NCBI GenBank assembly: GCA_051294905.1
Contig: CM119372.1
Span: forward strand, 30,878,001 to 30,942,000
Reading direction: 5' to 3'
From: Botryllus schlosseri
Lineage: Eukaryota
DNA: 64,000 nt
The position numbers and the translations under genes are program-made. Positions 52,603 through 64,000 of this stretch are shown here, one piece after another (positions within the stretch are counted from its first letter, which is position 1; every line of letters starts with the position of its first letter). Under the pieces are notes generated by a model that worked only from the letters and a program-made list of their open reading frames with translations, ran no database searches and had not been told where the DNA came from.

Positions 52603-53481
52603 TTAAGCGTCGTTGCGCAGCTTTTCTAGGGTTTCGTAAGAATCAATGAAAATAGATTTTGTGTTGTCGAGAAGTCTGAGAAAAATTTTACCATTGACCA
52701 CCCAACAGTGCTTGTATCCTAGAGATTTACCCAGCTTGCGAGTCTTTGAGTGGAGCACTCTTCTGAACTTGGTCAAGTTTTCATTGATGTAGAGATTCTC
52801 AAAGCCAGGCAAGTTATCGTGGATGCTGCGAAGTTCTTTTCTTTTTTGCAGGAGTTGTGATCTGGTTTTGGAGTTTCTGAACTTTATGAGAGCCAATGGA
52901 GCTTGTTTGTCTGCAGTTTTCGACGATTGTTTGAGTCGGTAAGAGCACTCTAAGTCACTGGGTTGGATATCCAGTCCAATCCTTCCTCCGATATCAATTA
53001 TTTCTTTTTCCAAATTTTCGTTTTCTTTTTCAGGTAATCCACTGATCACCAAGGAATCGTTCCGCTGATTCTGTTCGAGTTGGTCGATCATTTGGCGATT
53101 GCTGTGGAGTAGTCCTCTCAGTTTCTGATTGTCCAGAGTGATTGCTTCAACTTTTAATTCCAATTCTTTCAGCCTAGTGTCCTGGGCTTCCAGTTTGGAT
53201 TTCAAAGTGTCCTGAAATCCTTTTATTTCGTATAGACTATTTTCTGTTTCTTTATTTTGATGAATTATATGATCCATCTTATCATGGAGCAAACTGATGG
53301 CATTGGTGTCTTCGTCTTGATTTTTGGAGATAGCAGAATCAAGATGGTTTTCCACGCTTCTCTCCACCAGAGGTTTTAGTTCCTGTACAAGTTTCTTGAG
53401 TAAACGGTTTTCGCTGTTGTCGATTTTAGTTGCAAGTTGTTTGGTTATTTCTTTCAGCTTCTTTGATATCTCTGGATCCAT
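52603..53481 (-). CDS. LINE ORF1 protein (coiled coil plus L1-like RRM/CTD)
   Basis: Heptad region, then LEQ-x2-R-x3-L-x-ISGLPE, YINENLT and W-x2-NGKIF motifs. Confidence 0.88.
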   Translation of the reverse strand: MDPEISKKLKEITKQLATKIDNSENRLLKKLVQELKPLVERSVENHLDSAISKNQDEDTNAISLLHDKMDHIIHQNKETENSLYEIKGFQDTLKSKLEAQDTRLKELELKVEAITLDNQKLRGLLHSNRQMIDQLEQNQRNDSLVISGLPEKENENLEKEIIDIGGRIGLDIQPSDLECSYRLKQSSKTADKQAPLALIKFRNSKTRSQLLQKRKELRSIHDNLPGFENLYINENLTKFRRVLHSKTRKLGKSLGYKHCWVVNGKIFLRLLDNTKSIFIDSYETLEKLRNDA

Positions 53482-53899
53482 ATCAAGTTGCAGAGCAGCC
53501 AGTTGTTATACTAGTTGTTATACTATGCACCTTAATACAACCAAATACTCCAATGTATTGTGGATACTCCAATATTCCATTACTCCAATGCATTCCAATA
53601 CTCCAATGCATTGTGGACTTTGGCCTATATGCTGTGGAATATTCTTTTGGCCAATTTATTCAACTAGAAAATGTTCTTCGTGCTATGTGCAATTTTATGT
53701 GAATGCTGGGCTTTTTGGTTTTAATACAGGTACCATCAAAAATTGTGTTGAAAATGAACAGGGGCTACGAGAAATGTTATTGGAAGCACGAGGGCTACGA
53801 TCGCTAAAGCTAAGAAACAATGCTATTACTATGGCTCAATAATGATTATATTCATGTTGTTATTGATATGTTCCATTATTAATAGAAGGCCAAATCTAA

Positions 53900-55790
53900 T
53901 AACGCTGATTTAATTTGACTTTGGCAGTGGAGATTTGGAGATGATGCCAGTCATCGTCATTGCATTTCGAGTTAAATTTGATCGGGGTTTCCCACGTTCT
54001 GGGAGTCCTTCGAACCTCTCGTTCACAACAACCTTAAGATGAGGAAGCTCTACAAGATGACCTATCTCAAAACTTCTATGAAAGGGCCCGCCTCCGGAAT
54101 ACTCAACGGTTTCCCATGACCGCCAGCAACTATGAAGCTGCAATTGATGCAACATTGGAGAGATATGGCTGAAGTCAAGTCATTGTCCGCGGCCACCTTA
54201 AGGATCTCTTGGAGGGACGGAAAGTTGAATGCGAAATCGGTAAAGGACCGGGTTTGCTTGATCGAGCAACTGCTAAGAGAACAGTTCTCTCACAGCACGA
54301 TATTACCCGTGATCAAATTTTCACTCAGGGGCCCCAATCTCAGTTGCCGGCCAGATTACATGAGCGCTGGATGCGCAAAATTAGTCCTTTGTTGGAAACT
54401 AATGAAGTAGCCAGCCACTTCCAATTTGTTTTGGATTGTCTAACAACAGAGATAGCAACGGTGGAGTCTATCAAGAATGCTAGTCATAGGCCAACGGACG
54501 ACAAATCGGAGAGGCAAGCGAAGACTAAACCGAGCGGCAATCAATTCTCTGCACAGTCATTAGTGACTAAATCATTCATTCCCCTTACTGCCTTGTCCAT
54601 ACTTAGGTAACGCTCACTGTCTTGAAAACTGTAAACAAATTCTACAGTTATCGGCGCCAAAGCGCATGGCAGATTTAATTTCGAAACCTGCTGAAGTATG
54701 TTTCAGATGCCTAGCTACAAAGGGAGAAGACGGTCATCTTAAGCATATTTACCAATGTAAATCCAAATGTGCTGTGACGAATTGTGGTCAACCTCATCAC
54801 GAGCGAACACCTCAACGTACCAACTACCAAGGCGACGGTTTCGACAATTGCGATGGCGACGAGTCTTCTCGATAGAGATTCTCAACATGCTTCCTTCAAA
54901 TTGCTTACTGAAATTTCTATGAACGTCTCCGAGTCAGATTTAGGTTCGTGGAAGGAGTTGGACAGGAAACTCGAATGGTTTTGGAGTCAAGATTCAATTG
55001 GGCTTGTGGATATAGATGTGGTTTACACCGCTACGGACACCGATGCAATTGAACAATTCAACAGGTCAGTAACTTGCGATGGCGAAAAATATTCAGTCTC
55101 TCTACCATTCAAGAGGGATGCAATCGCATTTAAATACAATTATAAAGAGGCTTATTCACGTTTTATGGCTATTCTAAAAGCCTTGCGTAGAAAGTCTGAT
55201 AGATTGGAAAGTTACGATCGCGCAATCATGGAGTACCAATCAAATGGTTTTGCACGGACAAGGAGTCGAGGATAGTTGTTCAACTAAATTGCGGGTCGGG
55301 TCGTTTATGATGGAAGTGCTAAAACTGAGAACGGTCGCACATTATACGATTACCTATCGAAAGGTCGAAATATAATACCAGATATCGGTCAGATATTGCG
55401 ACGTTTTCGCGCTCATCGAGTAGCATTGAATGGTGACATTAAAAAAATCACAATCTCTGAAGAAATTGAGACCCACAAAGGGCACATGACGTTTTCGTTA
55501 CGGGAAGGGTCATGTTTGGCGTTTCATCCAGCAGTCCGTTTCTTGCGATCCAAACTATCCATCGCCATTCTAATTCATCAACAATTGTAGAAAAGTTGAT
55601 CACAACTTTTCAGAACGAATTAACAAAAACATTTACGCGGATGATATCCACGTCGGTGGAGATTGTATTGAAGATGTTGCCAAACAACAGCTGAATTTAG
55701 TTGATGTCTTTGGGTGTGGTGGTTTGACTTTAGTTAAATTTTTTTCCTACAGTCGAGAATTAATAGATCGCGGCACCCCTGGCAAACTAA
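53900..55790 (+). mobile_element. Decayed BEL/Pao LTR retrotransposon gag-pol fragment
   Basis: CFRCL..GH...C-x3-C-x4-CGQPHH knuckles, FWSQDSIG, YSVSLPFK, RVVYDGSAK, LRRFR-x4-ALNGDIKK, FGVSSSPFLA and YADDI across many frameshifts. No LTRs found. Confidence 0.85.
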
Positions 55791-56018
55791 TTCCGCCACA
55801 CACCGACGGAGAACAAGTGCGCTTCAGAAGCTCATACCATAAACATCCAAACACTCACACAAACATGAAGTATCACAAGAACTATGTAAACATCGAGAGG
55901 AACGGACCCATTAAATTTAATTGATTCAACCTACATTATACTAATGTGTAGTGCAATTGTACTTAAAGTAAATACATGGTGTATCATGCTTGTAAATCAT
56001 CAATATTCTCAAATCGTT

Positions 56019-57118
56019 TTATTGCAGTTGCTTGACGCGGCGGATTCTTGATCGCCAATTTGTTTGCGGTGACTTCGGAAGCTTCGACTTTGGTTGTGTT
56101 ATCACTGTAGTCGAATCAGCTCCGATCCACCTCCTCATCGGGATGCACGCAGATTGCACGAGCTTTTGCAACTCGTGTGAGCCAAGGTAGTACATTAGAG
56201 GGGTGATGCATTCCGTGATTCGTAACAAGCTGTGCGATGCCAGCATCATGTACACTTTCACTCTCGCATCCAGGAGACCCCATGCAGTTTGCAATGATGT
56301 AGAGTTTGGTTCCATAGTCGCTTGCATATGCGGGAAAACAGTTGCGAATATGGCCATTAATTGTTTGACAGCGTTCTTGTCATTACGTTTGGAAGATATT
56401 TGTTTGCTTGCTGGCGATCTTCTATCCTTCAGAAATAGTAGGATGACGGAGCAGAATACAACGAATAGCAATGCTGGAAATAGGATGCCGATCGTTGTCG
56501 CTGAGACCAACGTAAATTTGGTTATTGCGTCAACGTCACCTCTCCCGCCGCAGTGAATTCCTTTCAGAGTCGTTATGGTTGCTACGGAGAAAGGGATGGG
56601 AGCTGAAAGGGTCACAGAGAGTAGCCAAGAAATCACAACAAGAGAGGTGTACTGTTTTGTGTCACTTTCCTTGTCCCGGTGCGGAGGGACGGCCGTCACG
56701 GCGATGCTTCGAAATCGCATGTAACTGAGAAACATCACGTGTCCCAAGGTCACCATACAGGTAATTTGATCAAGGGTGAATGTCATGGGGCACAAGAAGG
56801 AAAGCAAAGTGAAGGTTGATGAGTGTGGTGTGATGACACGAGATTATGCATAGTACTGCTGCAAGCTGAAAGTATATCTGAGCAACACATTCCGATCACT
56901 GTGACGTGAAACGCAGTTCGTTTTGTACGTAGCAAGATCACCCTCATCGCCGTACCGCCAAGCACTCCTACGAGTGCCAGAAATGAGAAGATGCCCAGCA
57001 TGACTGCATATTCTACGTCACCAAGCCTGAACCCTTCTGCGGTAAGATTCTGTGACTCGGTGGTCAATGAAGAGCTGTTCATATTGTAAAACTGACTCTG
57101 AGATCCTTGGATATTCAT
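56019..57118 (-). pseudogene. Intronless rhodopsin-like GPCR, frameshifted (probable pseudogene)
   Basis: ORF 56783-57118 has N-glycosylation sites, TM1 and TM2 (CCSDIL). ORF 56019-56807 has TM3 (C...LSYMRFRSI), TM4 (SWLLS..LSAP), ECL2 Cys, TM5 (LFP) and TM7 (ITPLMYY). Frame change near 56810-56850; TM6 looks shortened. Confidence 0.75.
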
Positions 57119-59582
57119 AAAACTATCTCTCTATAAATCCACATAAATCGTGCTTAGAAAACTATCTATTCCAGATATTGGTTTAGTTAGGTGATGTAGC
57201 CTACGCAAGATTTCCAAAGGCATTCATACAGTTGAATGAATGTGCTTATTTCAGGAGACAGATTTTATCCCAAGTTAAACGACAAACGTAAGAGGAAGAT
57301 AATTATACTCAAATAGAAAACTATACTCAAAAGTGTGATCATTCTAATGGATAACTTTTTTTCGAGAACGTGTTAAAAGTAAGTTATGTTTCATATCACA
57401 ATCCATTTGTTAGAGAATTCGTTGCATGTTCGATCAGCTACCGTAATGGGATCCTTGCTTCAGTCACCGGAGTTCCAAATATCGACCAATTACACATCTC
57501 ACTGATTCTCATTGAAGTAATTGCCGAATAATATCGCAAAACATTAAATTCAAATTCAAATTTTATGGTAAATCCAAGCTTGCAACGAAATTGAGTATTC
57601 ATTTGAATCAAAGAATATTTGTGTCGACATTGTGTGAGGCATTGTCGTGTCATATTATTTGTCATATCGTACAAATGTTCTTTATAATTGTATTTATTGT
57701 AAGCTGTGACTTTTATTCAAATGCTAAATCGTTCGAAAGTATCACATGAAATAAGCTACCTGCAAACATTCCGTATAGCAGATGTATGTGCAAAACCGGA
57801 ACAGCGTTTTATAAGCGATTCATGAATGCACTGCATAGCCTACTACAACCACAACAACAAAACATATGGACATGTTCCGTTGTGGCAGTGTTTCTCTAAT
57901 CTCCTTATGTTTCGGAAAATAAATCAGGTTTGTTTGAGATGACTCCAAGTGGAAACGATGAATTTAGCAATTCGCTATCACGATAGCTCTGATGTTGACT
58001 TGAACTTAAGGTAAGCACTTGATCACATGCGGCCCGGTTGCGATGGATTCTTCATGATTTCCGTGTACGAGCCATTTGGTCAAGAGGCTATCGTGGCTCT
58101 AACGATCAGCAAGTTTCAAAATGAATCATGAGCGAGTTGGTTCGAACAGGTAAGATAAAGAAATCATACATCTAGCTAAATAAAATATCAGTTAAAAGGA
58201 ATATTCGAACTAACTAGTATATTATCACACTTTTCTGTCACAAAAATGTCGAGAACTATAAAATCAAGATGTGCATTACTTTACAATCCTTAGTCATATT
58301 GCCCAATAGAATCGTAAAATTCTACGAAGGGGTAATTCCATCCGATCGAGAACAATTGTACTAAGCCCACACCAACTATCAAATACGGGAACTTCACAGG
58401 ATAATCGGGTTTATTGGTGATAAGGAAATCTAGGAAATGATATATTAGCCACGAGATAAGCTCCTAAAGAAACGCAACGCAACACCGAATCAAACCCCAC
58501 GCAAAATGCACGCAGACTACCCCGTCAGACGGTAAAGTACTCAAAAACCAATCTGCCAGAGACGACTGCGAAACATCGCGTCCAGTCTGCTCCAACGTGA
58601 AGCTTTAGAAGCAGACTATCATAAATTAGCGAGGCACGTTCGATGCCCAGGCACGTTTGGTGCGGAGACAGGTTTCCCAATTTGGTTACAGAGAAGGGTC
58701 GAATTATGCCTCCTGTTCGAGGAGATTTTCAATCTTCCCCGTGATCTCTTTGCTCTGAAAACAAGACGGACGCCAGTTGAAACTGGAGCCTTTTAGCTTG
58801 CGGAACAATATAATATCTAGAATTTTGCTGACTGGTGAACCTTCATACATCAAATATAACTCGAAATTCGACGACGAATGGCCTCATCTCCAAATCGAAT
58901 ATTGCATACTTCCAATTTAACGATAAATATTAGGGATGGTGTGAAAGTGATGTTCACGTTCGCGCGTTCTGTGCATGAACCTCGGAAATTTGGAGGTTCA
59001 CGTTCACAAACGAACCTTGGTAGGTTCTGCACTGTGAACCTTTTTGATATATTACAATTTCCAAACATATTTGGTTGAAATTTATTGCATTTCAACTGCT
59101 GGCCACTTCATGCATGGCGCTGGCAGCATAAAAGAAATCAACACTGAACAAGCATGCACCTTGACAATATCAAAAATTTCACCTGCTTTGTTACGAAAGT
59201 TTGCTCGAAATATCCAGCTTTCCGTTTGTGAATATTTAGTGACTCTCTGCTGTGAGCTTGACCCGCAATCACATAACATCAAGAGCGAAATACATTACAT
59301 GTAGGTACTAGGTAGGTAGTCAGCGAATGATGCTTATTCAACCAATCAATGAAATTGATACCATTGTTTGATGTAAAAAATCTAGCTGGCGTGCGTGGTC
59401 AATCTCGATTTCATATGTTAATTGTATCATAAGAAAACAAATCCGTGCGATTGGGGTGTTGCAGTATAATTGTTATAGTAATATCGGTAGCAAGTCCAGA
59501 AACCCGTTTTACACTCTGCTCAATATCAACGTAGCAATACTCAAACTCACACGCCGAATACATTGTTCGGTCTGGCCTATAC

Positions 59583-61825
59583 AGGGTTGCCATACCGTCC
59601 TTATTTCTAAGATTTGTCCTTATTTTCAAGGTCCGGGTCTTAGAAAACTCAACTGTCCTTATTTCGAAGAAATGTCCTTGTTTTCGACTTGGGTCCTTAT
59701 TTTGTCTTATTTTCAACAACTATACAGAACTTCGATCGTTTCCCTCTGGTATCTGTGTTGCATAATATTCTCAAGTTATGCTTTTGCGTCTAGCTAGATT
59801 TTATGACATGATAAATGAACGGAACTCTCATGACGTACACACCTCAAGATTTGACTTCTAAGTGGTGAGATAGCTAGGCAGAAAATCCCGAATGGTGATC
59901 TAATAATGACGAACCAAATTCCAATGGCCGCGTTTAGAATTGGATCTTTTGTATTCCTCACAAGTCACAATACACACGGAGAGCTAACGACACATTACAA
60001 CTTAAACAATGGAAGCATAAAAATCTGCCAAATTACATCGTCGCTAGTAGGGATGGTGTGAACGTGAGGTTGACGTTCGCGTTCTGTGTGTGAACCTCGG
60101 AAATTTAGAGGTTCGCGTTCACAACAGAACCTTGGTAGGTTCTGCACTGTGAACCTTTTTCATATATTACAATTTTCACTTCATTATAACATCTTTGGTT
60201 CATATTAATTGCATTTCACTCTATGCATGGCGCTGGCAGCATTAAAAATTAACACTATAAACGAGCATGCACCTTGACAATCTCAAAAGTTTTACTTGCT
60301 TTGTAACAAATGTATGCTCGAAATATTCAGCTTTCCGTCTGTGAATATTTAGTGTCTCTCTGCTGTGAGTTTGACTTGCGATCACACATCATCACGAGCG
60401 AAATACGTAGTCAGCGAATGATGACTATATTCAACCAATCAATGAGATTGATATCGTTTTCTGATGCAAAAAAGCTAGTAGGGGTACGGGGCAATCTTGA
60501 ATTCATATCTTTACTGCATCACGAGAACCAAATCCTTGTGATTGAGGTGTTGTCTACTGCTGTAAAACTTGTTAATGGGGTAATATCGGTAGCAAGTATA
60601 TGTACAATTATGCATTTATTAGTGAGTTTTATACTCCAATAAATGATTAAGCTGTAAATAAAGCAACGAAAGACTTAACCGAAACTTGCACTTGTCACAA
60701 CCTTCAACTCCAGTGAGTTGACACAAAAGTCTTTGTCAGCATGAACTAAAGTCATGCGTGACGGTATGAGCGATAACCATACAGTATAGAAACCAGTTTT
60801 ACACTCTGCTCAATATAAATGTAGCGATAGGCTACTCAGACGCCGAATACATTGTCCGGTCTGGCCTAGACCGCTAAGGCGTAAGCTTATATTCCCTGGT
60901 AAGTCCTCGACGAAATTGTTGGCAAAGCGACGGAAGATATTGATTTTATAGGAGTATTGTATCCTTTGATTGCCTCAGTTGAAACATTTAGTGACGTTTA
61001 AAACGCCAACATGTACTTCTGCATTGTGACATGATGTGGCCCGAGTCGTCGCTAGGTATGGTGTACGTTAATATAGGCTATCACTTCATTGAAAGATAGG
61101 GTTGGAATTAGCAATATGACGTCACGTGACGTCATGAGGTTCACGTTCGTGTTCACACAGAACCTTTCAAAAAGGTTCGCGTTCGCACGAACCTGAACCT
61201 TTCAGAGGTTCACACCATCCCTACTGATTAGATCAGACCTGGGCAAAGTGCGAGCCGCGGCTCTATTCTAAGCGGCCCGCGAAAAGTTTCCTCGAATTCA
61301 AAACATAAAACCTACTCGTGAATGTTGATGCGCGGGTTAAAACCACAGGCTGTAAATCTGAACCGCAAATTCGTTTACTTTGAATCCTGTTCAAGTTCAA
61401 TAATATGCCGCGATTACGCAACCTACGTACCCCGCATGCGTGATCCAGATTCAAAGTGAAGCCAATGTAGCAAAGGGTGCCGTAACAAATAAAGTCACAA
61501 GAAGTCACTCTTTCCATATAGTTTAGTTAAAGTTGATGAGTGTTCTCTCTTGTTTCGGCGACGTGGACCAAGGAAAGAAACAGACTTAGTAAAATCAGTC
61601 AAATCCCAGTTACAAGTAAAGGTAAACCTAGACATGAGCTGTCGTGAGGTCCATGAAGCACTTTTTAATAACAAGGAGTTGGTGGAGCTGATTGTTTCTG
61701 GCAAAAAGTATGGAATGTGATATGCCACGTCTCGTATAAATACAAAGTATGTGAAAAAGCGCCTTTTTATTGCTAATCTAATTTTCGACTGTCCATATTT
61801 TTGGGTCCATGTTGATGGCAACCCT
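59583..61825 (+). mobile_element. hAT (Blackjack-like) deletion derivative 'element B'
   Basis: TIR AGGGTTGCCA, TSD GCCTATAC, GTCCTTATTT repeats. ~61540-61720 encodes VFSLVSATWTKERNRL / VKSQLQVKVNLDMSCREV...SGKKY (hAT C-terminus). Confidence 0.85.
60048..61223. mobile_element. 'Element A' inner copy
   Basis: Both TIRs present; collinear with 58931-59582 + 61826-62170. No clean TSD. Confidence 0.85.
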
Positions 61826-62711
61826 GCCTATACCGGTAAGGAGTAAGCTTATATTCACTCTCAAGTATCCTCGTCGAAATTGTCGGCAAAGCGACGGAAG
61901 ATATTGATTTTATGGGATTATTATATCATTTGATTGCCCCAGTTGATACATTTGGCGACGTTTAATACGTCAATATGTACTTCAGCATTGTTGCATGATG
62001 TGGCACGAGTCGACTCTAGTATTGTGTACTCTTAATATTGATTATGACTTCACTGGAATGCAGGGTTGGCACGTGACGTCATGAGGTTCACGTTCGCGTT
62101 CACACAGAACCTTTCAAAAAGGTTCGCGTTCACACGAACCTGAACCTTTCAGAGGTTCACACCATCCCTAATAAATATACTGTTGCTTCCATGATATTAC
62201 ACGTATTATACGTGCGTGATGTGCCTATTGAAGTTTTCCCAGGGCGATGAAGCTACTAATTCCATTTTTATTGTTTGGTTTCGTTTCAAAGAACATTTGT
62301 TTTCGCAGTTTGATGTCGCTGTCACTGATGTGTAGCATTGCGACGAACAGCAGAGCTAGGTTCACTGGGTTATTGTGGAAATGTTGACCAATGGATGAAT
62401 TGTACGCCGTCACCTGTACAGTAGGCCATTCAAGATAAGCGATATATTGAGCAAATTGATATTGACCGGAGGTTCCTGTATTGCCGAATAGAATTGTTAC
62501 TATAAACTTCCCAACTTGTACCACTGCGGACACTGCAACTGAACTGATTCCTACAATGCCACGTTACGGGATATAGGCTATCTACATCACGGTAACGCGA
62601 GTGCGATACATTGGCACTAACCAAATCATTATTTTCGTGGTACGACAGTTTGACGTTCGTAAAACGGACTAGATTGAAATAGCGAATAATGATAAGTAAA
62701 AAAGCCCTCAC

Positions 62712-63590
62712 CATAGGACCGACGGTAGGCGCATATCGGGATGCAACTTCTCCTATACGATCGATTGAAAATTTGGAAGAGTTCCACTTGATAGAACTGA
62801 AATGCGAAACATACCGATAACATGATAACGATAAGTAACTATGAAGCGTGGAAGGTCGACGTCGAAACAATTCTTTGCCGAAAATCGTATAGGAAGTACA
62901 TACATAAATGCAGTGAAACTAGCTCCTGAACTATTTCTACTGCGCTAGTTGGCACGAAGTAACCTCGGTGGAAGGCGATAACCCGTTGAATAGCCCCATC
63001 GCTTCAGTAATTTTTACCAGGACCCGCATACTAATCACGCTTCACGCTGCAATGAGCATTTTTGCAATTGATATGGTTGAGCCGACAAATATGTAAAAAT
63101 AATGAGATTCAAAACGTTATGCTCGTAGCCATTTTTCAGTACGGGCTTGCCTTGCGTGGAATCTAGGGTATTTTCAAAAAGAAAGAATTCCAAATCAGAA
63201 TGGTAAAGTACTCGAGTGACAGCCGTGTGCCACGCGCACGCTGCAATTATTGCAAAACTACGATATTGATGGATAATCCCTAGAATTTGAAGCTGGTACA
63301 CAATTGCTAACATTTCAACGTCGTAGCCATAACGTATCTTACAAAACAATGGTTAAGGAGGAGTGCAGACATCTCGATTCTGCGACCTACGCGAAAGGCA
63401 TGTGACAGACGAATTATAACTTACTTCGTCAGATCAGAGCCCCTTTACCGTTTTTCTGACTCTTCATCCATTTGAACAACGGCAAAGCATCGTCGCCGTT
63501 GACTTCAATTTTGGAGAAAAGGTCGTAGGCCTACTTGGCGTTGTAAGTTTTCTGCGCGAATTCCTTTATAATTTCATTAGTTTCTGGTTC
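62712..63590 (-). pseudogene. GPx4/PHGPx-like glutathione peroxidase, two disabled exons (63425-63590 and 62712-62796)
   Basis: [51 protein letters not shown]..|gtaag, then cag|SIKWNSSKFSIDRIGEVASRYAPTVGPM|gtgag. Lesions: in-frame TAG, a 5-bp insertion frameshift, and WNF>WNS. Confidence 0.88.
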
Positions 63591-64000
63591 CTCTAAAATA
63601 TCAAGATATTCTATGAAGACTTACTGCTATTTGGAAGGCAATCGGGTGGCATTCATTCATATCTATATACTATTATTACAAATGACCCCATTCCACTATA
63701 CGACCGCATTGGTCCTCTGAATAACGTTAGATTCGCAGGTCAAAATAGTTGTCACACAACCGACGTGGCAAAATACATGCATTGCATCTGTTGCTGCCAA
63801 ACCAACTACCTGCGTTACAGGTAGGACGTATGAAGAGTCAGTATGGTATGGTCTGTCAGTCCAAGTCGGTGGACCACCTATTAAATACTTGTTTACTCAA
63901 AGAGTTTCAAAGTATAGCAAATGATATGAAATTCCTTCGGTTTATAAAACTCTACATTTTCATCAATGTCATAGTACCATGGGCAAACCACTATATGACA

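Larger units (their letters stand above)
49255..53800 (-). mobile_element. Apparently full-length CR1/L2-group (Crack/Daphne-like) LINE
   Basis: Candidate 5' UTR with ATACTCCAAT repeats, ORF1, ORF2, a 3' UTR with hairpin at 49310-49354, AATAAA and (TGTC)n tail. 5' boundary approximate. Confidence 0.92.
58931..62170. mobile_element. hAT-type non-autonomous 'element A' (outer copy)
   Basis: TIR TAGGGATGGTGTGAA, perfect TSD ATAAATAT, GTTCACGTTCGC/GAACCT subterminal repeats. Confidence 0.9.

Noticed and set aside
50053..53842. Plus-strand ORFs overlapping the LINE, and similar shadow ORFs over XKR and WTAP
   Set aside because: Antisense or off-frame by-products with no recognisable motifs.
62280..62330. 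SECIS element for the GPx4-like gene
   Set aside because: GTGA..AAA..TGA spacing is suggestive but stem pairing is poor; needs SECISearch.
63425..63533. Stop-codon recoding (selenocysteine or readthrough) in the GPx exon
   Set aside because: The stops are away from the active site and are explained by short insertions.
1..63590. ovoA plus GPx4 as an antioxidant gene cluster
   Set aside because: 60 kb apart, unrelated genes lie between them, and the GPx copy is disabled.

Overview
AT-rich eukaryotic genomic DNA from an invertebrate animal. It has GT-AG introns and an ovoA gene, which suggests a marine invertebrate; a tunicate is possible but the taxon cannot be fixed from this window. All host genes are on the minus strand: (1) five 5' exons of ovothiol synthase OvoA (1-2706, runs off the left edge, mostly missed by the ORF track); (2) a 5-coding-exon WTAP/fl(2)d gene (23002-32382, 778 aa by my splicing) with a long C-terminal extension; (3) an intronless XK-related gene (34382-36847) 2 kb upstream of WTAP; (4) a frameshifted rhodopsin-like GPCR (56019-57118); (5) two disabled exons of a GPx4-like peroxidase (62712-63590). 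The rest is mainly transposon DNA: an intact two-ORF CR1/L2-group LINE plus truncated relatives, BEL/Pao, Academ-like and RTE relics, tRNA-derived SINEs, many nested hAT MITEs with 8-bp TSDs, and two TIR elements with telomere-like cores. The most unusual signals are micro-scale: recurrent TA>TAGGCTA/TAGCCTA/TAGGCCTA insertions (one puts a stop in the GPx4-like exon), 17+17-bp palindromic inserts with 7-bp duplications that resemble P-type excision footprints, and an A-in-B-in-A transposon nest. I found no clearly new multi-gene system. Family calls rest on recalled motifs, not database searches.
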